Shown piece after piece: positions 7,913 through 14,308 of a stretch of DNA of 31,890 nucleotides. Origin of the DNA: a virus (lineage: Duplodnaviria; Caudoviricetes). Under the pieces are notes generated by a model, which did no database searches, was not told the DNA's origin, and worked only from the letters and a program-made list of their open reading frames with translations. A program made the position numbers and the translations under genes. The DNA lies in IMG/VR virus record IMGVR_UViG_3300043414_000251, positions 1-31,890 of that record; one strand, 5' to 3'. Within the stretch, counting starts at the first letter, position 1. Each line of letters opens with the position of its first letter.

Positions 7913-8193
7913 CTAAAGACGAAGCATTAGAGTTATGCGATTACTTGGAAGGTAACGATGCCAGCCTAGAAGCGCAATGTAAAGCGGCTGCTTTTATCCG
8001 AGAAGCATTGGCACAGCCAGCGCAGGAAGCAATCTACGGCATGAACCAAGACGATTGGAAAGACGTGGTTGCCGCAATAACCAAGGTGCGTGATGGTAGG
8101 GGAATATACCTAGGATGCCGCCCTGCTGATGTGTTTAAAGATTGGTTCCTCGCGCTTGGTACAGCTAAGGTGAAGGAGAAGAACGATGGCTGA
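7909..8193 (+). CDS. small hypothetical protein (94 aa)
   Basis: Coupled ORF; contains REALAQPAQE and ends in KEKNDG. Confidence 0.75.
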   Translation: MTKDEALELCDYLEGNDASLEAQCKAAAFIREALAQPAQEAIYGMNQDDWKDVVAAITKVRDGRGIYLGCRPADVFKDWFLALGTAKVKEKNDG

Positions 8194-8446
8194 ACGCCTG
8201 CTTGAGAAGCTGGACAGGATTGGCGCTGAAGCAGGCATAAAGCAGATGACCCCTGAGGTGTATAGGTTTGCTTTAGATGTGCGGAAAGACTTGGTATCCG
8301 AGTGGCCCAAGCGCCCGTGGGTAGGGCTAACCGACGACGAGATAAAAGCAATCGTTGGGCCATACGGGGACACGCCCATCAAGGGCTATACCCGCAAGTT
8401 GTTTGACCAAATTGAAGCCAAACTCAAGGAGAAGAATTTTGACTGA
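8186..8446 (+). CDS. small phage protein with RPWVGLT...QIEAKLKEKN module
   Basis: AAGGAG SD; paralogous blocks with 6786-7040. Confidence 0.75.
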   Translation: MAERLLEKLDRIGAEAGIKQMTPEVYRFALDVRKDLVSEWPKRPWVGLTDDEIKAIVGPYGDTPIKGYTRKLFDQIEAKLKEKNFD

Positions 8447-8552
8447 ACGCACTTATACAGCCGACGAAGTAGATGCAATGATTGCAAGAGCGGCTACGCA
8501 GCACAGCCACCACAACGCCACCGAGGTGCGCCAATGCCACAAGGGCAGCTAA
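8439..8552 (+). CDS. micro-protein (37 aa, TTG start), possibly a frameshifted gene
   Basis: Same SD+TTG junction as 7033; reads MTERTYTADEVDAMIARAATQH... Confidence 0.45.
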   Translation: MTERTYTADEVDAMIARAATQHSHHNATEVRQCHKGS

Positions 8553-8595
8553 TCTTTGGACGGGCGGTGCAGGACAAGCTGCGGGAGTTAAACAC

Positions 8596-8847
8596 ATGAA
8601 CGAACGAGACAAAGAACTTGCTGAACAGGCTGGTATTGCCGTGTGGGGTGATGCTGTGTATATGTACGATCCAAAAGATACTCTGGACTCTACTGTGATG
8701 GAAAAGTTTGCTGACCTCGTCCGTGCCGACGAGCGTGATATTATTTTTAATTTGGTGCAAAAGATAGCAGCAAGGTTCTACAAAGATGATGCAGAAAAAG
8801 CGTTTGAAGAACTTACTGAAGCCATCCAAGAAAGGGGAAACACATGA
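8596..8847 (+). CDS. small hypothetical protein (83 aa)
   Basis: GGGAG SD and ACACATGA junction favour ATG 8596; MNERDKELAEQAG...EKFADLVRADER motif. Confidence 0.75.
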   Translation: MNERDKELAEQAGIAVWGDAVYMYDPKDTLDSTVMEKFADLVRADERDIIFNLVQKIAARFYKDDAEKAFEELTEAIQERGNT

Positions 8848-9104
8848 AATTGCTGATTGGTACAGATGACACCATCAAGAATGGTATGCCCATTGGGAGC
8901 ATTGAATTAAAACTGGCTGTAGCAAAGGCAGAGGGGTACTCAATCCGAGAAGACAAGACAAGGTATCACCACGTTGTTGACGGCACAGTTATTACATCAG
9001 TGGACGAAACCAAGCCGACTTATCACTACTACAACAACCGACCAATACCAATGCTTGACCCATACCGCATCGCAATGGAATTTTATCTAAAGGAAAACAC
9101 ATGA
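8844..9104 (+). CDS. small hypothetical protein (86 aa)
   Basis: ATGA overlaps and SD. Confidence 0.75.
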   Translation: MKLLIGTDDTIKNGMPIGSIELKLAVAKAEGYSIREDKTRYHHVVDGTVITSVDETKPTYHYYNNRPIPMLDPYRIAMEFYLKENT

Positions 9105-9286
9105 CCCAACCAAACAAACAGCGCATACATGAGCGCCTTGGCATGTCTGTGGAGGAAACACTCAACCGCCTGATCTGGTTCGGGCAGATCAGTCATAAGT
9201 ACAAGGAAGAGTTTGGTGAGACGATGAACCCAAAACATCTTGAGGCCGTGCTTAATGCCACATCACCAAAGGAGAAGAACACATGA
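9101..9286 (+). CDS. small hypothetical protein (61 aa)
   Basis: ATGA overlaps and SD. Confidence 0.7.
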   Translation: MTQPNKQRIHERLGMSVEETLNRLIWFGQISHKYKEEFGETMNPKHLEAVLNATSPKEKNT

Positions 9287-9480
9287 AAGACGAAGGAAAG
9301 AAAATGCGGTTTCGCGAGTGGGTGAAGGCCATGCCAGAGAAAGAACGTAACGCTTTCTGGCGCAGCATCATGGCTGTGTGTGATGCGGGAAGGAGCACAG
9401 GCACCCCACCTGAAGACCTAGCAAAGTTCTGGGTTGAGACTTACACAGAGATCGACAAACAACTCAAGGAGACCACATGA
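9283..9480 (+). CDS. small hypothetical protein (65 aa)
   Basis: ATGA overlaps and AAGGAG SD. Confidence 0.7.
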   Translation: MKDEGKKMRFREWVKAMPEKERNAFWRSIMAVCDAGRSTGTPPEDLAKFWVETYTEIDKQLKETT

Positions 9481-9713
9481 GAGCAAGAAACTGGGCAGAG
9501 GAGCGACGCGCACGGGAACTGCGAAAACTGCTTGCGGAAGTTGACCCACCGAGACGGGTAATCAGGGAGTTGTCATACTTGATATTAGACCCCATGGCTA
9601 AGCCACGCACGTTCAACCATGTCAAGGATGGGCAAGGGTATGTACCAGAGAAGCCTGCTGCAACGCGGTCCGGTGCAGACACTCATCAACGATACAAGAG
9701 CAAGGGGTTTTAA
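9477..9713 (+). CDS. small hypothetical protein (78 aa)
   Basis: ATGA overlap and AAGGAG SD; abuts the next gene. Confidence 0.7.
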   Translation: MRARNWAEERRARELRKLLAEVDPPRRVIRELSYLILDPMAKPRTFNHVKDGQGYVPEKPAATRSGADTHQRYKSKGF

Positions 9714-10382
9714 ATGAACGACATACCTGACTACACATGGTCATTCTCATCCTTAAAGGATTACATCAACTGCCCTAAGCAGTATCAAGAGATTAAGATT
9801 CTTAAACGATTCTATAAAGCCCCGACGCAGGAGATGACGTATGGCAACGAAGCCCATAAGGCTATGGAAAATTACGTCAAGGACGGAACGCCATTAGCTA
9901 AGAACTATGCGCATTTTCAACCGGTTCTGGATGTACTCATATCTACTGAAGGCGTGAAGTACCCTGAGCATCGCATGGCCTTGGATAAAGACAAGAATGC
10001 TTGTGAGTATGGCAGTGGATACTGGGTACGGGGTATCGTGGACTTGATGATTCTTGATAGTGATACAGCGTTCATCATCGACTACAAGACCGGCAGTAAC
10101 AAGTACGCTGACCCCAAGCAGTTGAAGTTGATGGCGTTGATGATCTTTGCCCACTTCCCCCAAGTGCAGAAGATCAAGGCAGGGCTACTCTTTGTGGCTT
10201 ACAACAGCTTCATGGATGAGTCTTATGAACGGAAAGATATTGAGAGTCTATGGTCCCACTTCCATCCAGACCTGACTAGGCTAAATACTTCATACGAGAC
10301 AAATGTGTGGAACCCTAACCCAACCCCGCTTTGCGGATGGTGTCCTGTTAAGACCTGTGATTTTTACAAGGAAAGACGATGA
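9714..10382 (+). CDS. PD-(D/E)XK exonuclease, Cas4/RecB-like, with a probable Fe-S cluster
   Basis: WSFSSLKDYINCP, G...H, E, RGIVDL, IIDYKTG, QLKLMA, and C-terminal LCGWCPVKTC (1+3 Cys arrangement). Confidence 0.88.
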   Translation: MNDIPDYTWSFSSLKDYINCPKQYQEIKILKRFYKAPTQEMTYGNEAHKAMENYVKDGTPLAKNYAHFQPVLDVLISTEGVKYPEHRMALDKDKNACEYGSGYWVRGIVDLMILDSDTAFIIDYKTGSNKYADPKQLKLMALMIFAHFPQVQKIKAGLLFVAYNSFMDESYERKDIESLWSHFHPDLTRLNTSYETNVWNPNPTPLCGWCPVKTCDFYKERR

Positions 10383-10567
10383 GCGAATTAATTGACTATG
10401 CCCGCCCTCTGATGATGGCTGAGAAGGCACTGAAAAAAGCCCATGACTATTTGTTAGAGCAAGACTATGATCTAGCTTTAGACCAGCTTAAACTAGCTAT
10501 AGTAGAAACCCGCGCCGCCAGCATGGCGACCATCCATATACAGGAGAAAGCCGATGCCATACGTTAA
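10379..10567 (+). CDS. small helical hypothetical protein (62 aa)
   Basis: ATGA overlap; fills the gap. Confidence 0.7.
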   Translation: MSELIDYARPLMMAEKALKKAHDYLLEQDYDLALDQLKLAIVETRAASMATIHIQEKADAIR

Positions 10568-10808
10568 CAAAGCAAGGCCGTACAAGAAAGAGTACGAGCA
10601 GCAGCAAGACCGTGGTGAGTTGCCTAACCGCATGGAGCGTCAACGCGCGCGGCGCAAGCTAGATGCCAAAGGTGTAAGCCGCGCTGGCAAAGACGTAGCC
10701 CATGTTAAAGCTCTGTCTAAAGGTGGCTCTAACAAAGATGGTGTGCGGCTTGAGAGTCCTCATAAGAATCGTTCGTTTGCCCGTAAATCTGATGGGTCAA
10801 TGAAGTAA
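10554..10808 (+). CDS. small HNH-like nuclease (84 aa)
   Basis: R.YKKEY...R..R.RARR...GKDVAHVKALSKGGSN....RLESPHKNRS; AGGAG SD. Confidence 0.75.
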   Translation: MPYVNKARPYKKEYEQQQDRGELPNRMERQRARRKLDAKGVSRAGKDVAHVKALSKGGSNKDGVRLESPHKNRSFARKSDGSMK

Positions 10809-10821
10809 GTAATTGCTGTAA

Positions 10822-10932
10822 GGCATGAGTGGGCAACGGGGGTTTCTGGTTCCCCCAAATTAACCATGTCAGTCAGAGGCGTCTTTTCTCCTTTCAACGT
10901 CGATCTGACCGATTAGCCCCCGTAAGGGGCTA
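10822..10932 (+). ncRNA. candidate structured RNA with several hairpins
   Basis: Stems GGCATG(A)GT/ACCATGTC, GGGGG/CCCCC, GTCAGTCAGAGGCGT/ACGTC(GA)TCTGACCGAT and TAGCCCC/GGGGCTA lie in one of the few intergenic gaps. Confidence 0.4.
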
Positions 10933-10955
10933 CGTTTAATTTAGTAAGGAATAGT

Positions 10956-12512
10956 ATGGTTGTAGTTGAAAATACAGCGGTGCATCTGTCTGTACCGTCT
11001 GGCGATTTAAAGCACATCGTTGGGTATATAGACAAGTGCGAGGTTCTCAATGACGATGGCACCAACGCTGAACTCCTAGTCTACTGGGGCTTAGAAGAGA
11101 TGCAACGGTTAGTTAAGGTCTATGGAGATGCTCCTAACCCAATGGCTAAAGAGTACGAATGGCCGGGGCTATATACGCCGTTTAAGCACCAAGAAACCAC
11201 CTCCTCATACTTAACATTGCGGGACCGATGCTTCTGTTTTAACGAAGCAGGTACAGGCAAAACATCATCTGTTATATGGGCCGCTGACTACTTGATACAG
11301 ATAGGTCAGATCAAGCGTGTACTCATCATCTGTCCACTGTCAATCATGTACTCAGCATGGCAAGCAGATGTGTTTAAGACCGCCATGCACCGTACAGTTG
11401 GTGTAGCCTATGGCGATGCAAGCAAACGCGCCAAAGTGGTAAACGGTCAATACGAGTTTGTCGTTATCAACTACGACGGCATAGCTACCGTGGCTAATGA
11501 GATTGCTAAGGCTAACTTTGACCTCATCGTGGTAGACGAAGCTAACGCGTACAAGACCGTCACCACGAAGCGCTGGCGTATCTTGGCGAAGTTAATTAAC
11601 CCATCCACAAAGCTATGGATGCTTACCGGTACGCCTGCGTCTCAGTCTCCGCTAGATGCGTATGGCTTAGCAAAGCTAGTCAACCCTACCACCGTGCCTA
11701 AGTACTTCACAGCATGGCGCGATAAGGTGATGCAGCAGGTCACTCGCTTCAAGTGGACACCCAGACCCTACGCTAAGCAGTTAGTGTTTGAGGCGCTTCA
11801 GCCAGCCATTAGGTTTGAGAAGGCGCAATGTCTAGACCTTCCTCCGCTGGTGTATCAAACACGTGAGATACCGCTGACTCCACAGGTACTGAAGTACTAC
11901 AAAGGATTAAAGAATCAGATGTTGATCGAGGCTGCGGGTGAGCAGATCAGCGCGGTCAATGCAGCGGCTCAGTTGAGCAAGCTACTACAGATTTCGGGTG
12001 GAGCAATCTACACGGATACGAGGGAAGTGGTGGAGTTTGATGTATCCCCACGACTCAACGCACTGATAGAAGTGCTAGACGAGACAGAGCATAAGGTGAT
12101 TGTGTTTGTCCCATTCAGGCACACCATCGTACTTGTTTCACGGCACTTAACAAATGAAGGAGTTACTAATGAAATAATTAATGGAGATGTACCCGCAAGA
12201 GAGCGCGCTGAAATCATTAACAGATTTCAAACCGCAGACCAACCACGTGTTTTAGTCATTCAACCTCAAGCTGCCTCGCATGGCGTAACCCTAACTGCTG
12301 CGGATACCGTAGTGTTTTGGTCGCCCGTCATGAGCGTAGAAACTTACCTGCAATGCATTGCGCGGATTGACCGCGTAGGGCAAGTGAACAGCATGACCGT
12401 AGTGCATCTGCAAGGGTCAGAAGCTGAGCGTAAGGTCTATCAAATGTTGCAAGGTAAGGTGGACTCCCATGAGAAATTGATTGACTTGTATCGACAGGAG
12501 CTAGGAATATGA
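10956..12512 (+). CDS. SNF2-like superfamily 2 helicase
   Basis: Walker A EAGTGKT, IICPLS, Walker B VVDEA, LTGTP, HGVTLTAA, QCIARIDRVGQ. Confidence 0.92.
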   Translation: MVVVENTAVHLSVPSGDLKHIVGYIDKCEVLNDDGTNAELLVYWGLEEMQRLVKVYGDAPNPMAKEYEWPGLYTPFKHQETTSSYLTLRDRCFCFNEAGTGKTSSVIWAADYLIQIGQIKRVLIICPLSIMYSAWQADVFKTAMHRTVGVAYGDASKRAKVVNGQYEFVVINYDGIATVANEIAKANFDLIVVDEANAYKTVTTKRWRILAKLINPSTKLWMLTGTPASQSPLDAYGLAKLVNPTTVPKYFTAWRDKVMQQVTRFKWTPRPYAKQLVFEALQPAIRFEKAQCLDLPPLVYQTREIPLTPQVLKYYKGLKNQMLIEAAGEQISAVNAAAQLSKLLQISGGAIYTDTREVVEFDVSPRLNALIEVLDETEHKVIVFVPFRHTIVLVSRHLTNEGVTNEIINGDVPARERAEIINRFQTADQPRVLVIQPQAASHGVTLTAADTVVFWSPVMSVETYLQCIARIDRVGQVNSMTVVHLQGSEAERKVYQMLQGKVDSHEKLIDLYRQELGI

Positions 12513-12931
12513 TCGAAGAAGTTGAAGAAATAACCACGACAAAGTTAGACGAATTAGTCAAAGTCTACTTGACAATACGAAATGAGCGCGATAGGATAGA
12601 GGCCGAAAGGAAGGCACAGATCAAGGAGCTTAATGATGAGTTGGCTGTACTAGAGCAGACCTTCATGGCTACTTGCAACGAGAGCAACGCTAAGAGCATA
12701 CGTACAGGCTACGGTACTGTGATTCGTAAGATGACTGAGCGTTTTACTGTGAACAACGGTGATAGCTTCCGTAAATTTGTGCTGGAGAACGGCGCGGTTG
12801 ACCTGTTTGAAGCACGTATTCATCAGGGCAACTTCAAGGAATTCCTCAAGGAGAACGCAGCCGATGGGCTACCTCCCGGAGTGAATGTAATGAGGGAATT
12901 TGACATCAGTGTTCGGAAACCCTCCAACTAA
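12509..12931 (+). CDS. conserved phage replication-module protein with an N-terminal coiled coil
   Basis: ATGA overlap; Y..IR...coiled coil, SIRT.YGTV and LPPGVN motifs. Confidence 0.8.
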   Translation: MIEEVEEITTTKLDELVKVYLTIRNERDRIEAERKAQIKELNDELAVLEQTFMATCNESNAKSIRTGYGTVIRKMTERFTVNNGDSFRKFVLENGAVDLFEARIHQGNFKEFLKENAADGLPPGVNVMREFDISVRKPSN

Positions 12932-12959
12932 GTAAGTTCAGTAACTAGGAAATTTAAAA

Positions 12960-13820
12960 ATGAGTAATGATCTCGCAACAATGTTTAGCGGCGTAATGGT
13001 TCCAGTTGAGGGTCTTGATGAAGATACCCTTGCCGTAGCTGGTGGGGCGCGCCAGAATAAGCGCATCTCTATCAAGGGCGGCGTGTTCCGCAAGTACGCT
13101 GGCGGTAAAGAAATCGGTGCTATTGAAGACCGGTTCATGAACGTCATCTTTATCAAGATGGCCCACAAAGCATCACGCATGTTCTATGAAGGTGCGTTCC
13201 AAGAAGGCCAGAAGGTTAGCCCTGTTTGCTGGTCAACCGACTCGGACAAGCCTGACTCTGATGTGAAAACTCCCTGCGCTGCTACTTGCGGCGAGTGTCC
13301 CAAGTCTGTTAAAGGTTCTGGGCAACAAGGTACAGGCACAGCTTGCCGCTTGTCTTGGCGTACTGCGGTGGTTCTTCCCAATGACCCTGCTGGCGACGTT
13401 ATGCAGCTGATTCTTCCCGCTACTTCAGCCTTCGGTAAAGAAGATAACGGACGTTGGCCTTTCCGTCCCTACATTCAGCATCTGGCAACACACAACGTCA
13501 GTGCAGGTAGGGTAATCACTAGGATGGCTTTTGATACAAAAGCTACTGCGCCTAAGTTAGTATTCAGCCCTGCTGGTAAGGTTCCTGATGATGACTTGCC
13601 TACCATTGCTAAGCAAGCCAAGAGCCTAATTGCTGAAGCTGCTATTAAGATGAACGTCTATCAAACAGACACAGTAGATGAAGTTCCAAGCCATCGCAGT
13701 GAGCTAGTTGAGCCTGAAGTTGACGCCGATATTCCTGAGCCGGTCTTGCGTGAGTCTACAAAGCCCGCCGCTACTGAGAAAGATATCTCGGATGTAGTCA
13801 AAAAATGGTCTAAGAAATAA
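12960..13820 (+). CDS. putative single-stranded DNA-binding protein with Cys cluster
   Basis: RISIKGGVFR, CWS.D...P, CxxCP...GSG...ACR and an acidic, low-complexity C-terminal tail. It sits between helicase and primase; the function is inferred. Confidence 0.6.
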   Translation: MSNDLATMFSGVMVPVEGLDEDTLAVAGGARQNKRISIKGGVFRKYAGGKEIGAIEDRFMNVIFIKMAHKASRMFYEGAFQEGQKVSPVCWSTDSDKPDSDVKTPCAATCGECPKSVKGSGQQGTGTACRLSWRTAVVLPNDPAGDVMQLILPATSAFGKEDNGRWPFRPYIQHLATHNVSAGRVITRMAFDTKATAPKLVFSPAGKVPDDDLPTIAKQAKSLIAEAAIKMNVYQTDTVDEVPSHRSELVEPEVDADIPEPVLRESTKPAATEKDISDVVKKWSKK

Positions 13821-13829
13821 GGAGCAGGA

Positions 13830-14186
13830 ATGTCACGACCATACAGCGATGCGTTTCTCATCGAGCTATACAAGGCCAATCCGAATAGGGCTGGCACTGC
13901 GCTTGGTATTGCTTGCGTAAAAGCTAAGCTTCCAGCCAAGTACGTAGCGTGGGCGCTCGATGTAACAAGAATGACCATGTTTAGTTGGTTCCGTGGCAAA
14001 CCTATTCGCCATAAGAACCTGCTGAAGGTCGAAACATTTACCGATCTGATTGAGAGCGATACCGCTAAGGGAATCTTACCTGTTAAGAACACTGCGGCGG
14101 CTATCAAGTATCTTGAGGCAATGGTCGCTAAGAAGTACGAGGGTAATGTCATCCCAAAAACTAAGGAAGAGGTTGACCACGTTTAA
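13830..14186 (+). CDS. putative HTH (Cro/XRE-like) DNA-binding protein
   Basis: LPAKYVAWALDVTRMTMFSWFRG has HTH spacing; TAAGGAG SD. Confidence 0.7.
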   Translation: MSRPYSDAFLIELYKANPNRAGTALGIACVKAKLPAKYVAWALDVTRMTMFSWFRGKPIRHKNLLKVETFTDLIESDTAKGILPVKNTAAAIKYLEAMVAKKYEGNVIPKTKEEVDHV

Positions 14187-14193
14187 ATAAATC

Positions 14194-14259
14194 GGGGGGA
14201 AAGCGGATGCTGGAGTGCGCCGTTACTAGCACAGATCAACCAGTGCAGCGAGTACCCCC
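14194..14259 (+). ncRNA. candidate structured RNA with a loop E/sarcin-ricin-like internal motif
   Basis: GGGGG/CCCCC closing stem, GAA opposite AGTA, then GC/GC, TGC/GCA, TGG/CCA and GTGC/GCAC nested pairings. Confidence 0.5.
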
Positions 14260-14270
14260 ACCCTTTAACT

Positions 14271-14296
14271 GAGCGGGCATAGTTCCGCTCTTTTTT
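14271..14296 (+). terminator. Rho-independent terminator
   Basis: GAGCGG...CCGCTC stem followed by TTTTTT. Confidence 0.8.
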
Positions 14297-14308
14297 CCTC
14301 TGCGAGAC

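Larger units (their letters stand above)
6921..8446 (+). repeat. Two pairs of exact direct repeats: AAGCGCCCGTGGGTAGGGCT (6921-6940, 8309-8328) and AAGGAGAAGAATTTTGACTGA (7020-7040, 8426-8446)
   Basis: Read directly from the sequence. Confidence 0.9.

Noticed and set aside
6900-9500. CRISPR array or DGR suggested by repeats near a Cas4-like gene
   Set aside because: The repeats are irregularly spaced, lie in coding junctions and are not palindromic. There are no other cas genes, no reverse transcriptase, and no adenine-specific TR/VR pair.
14194-14262. tRNA gene
   Set aside because: It starts with a G-run and ends near CCA, but has no TTCRA T-loop, D-arm or 7-nt anticodon loop.
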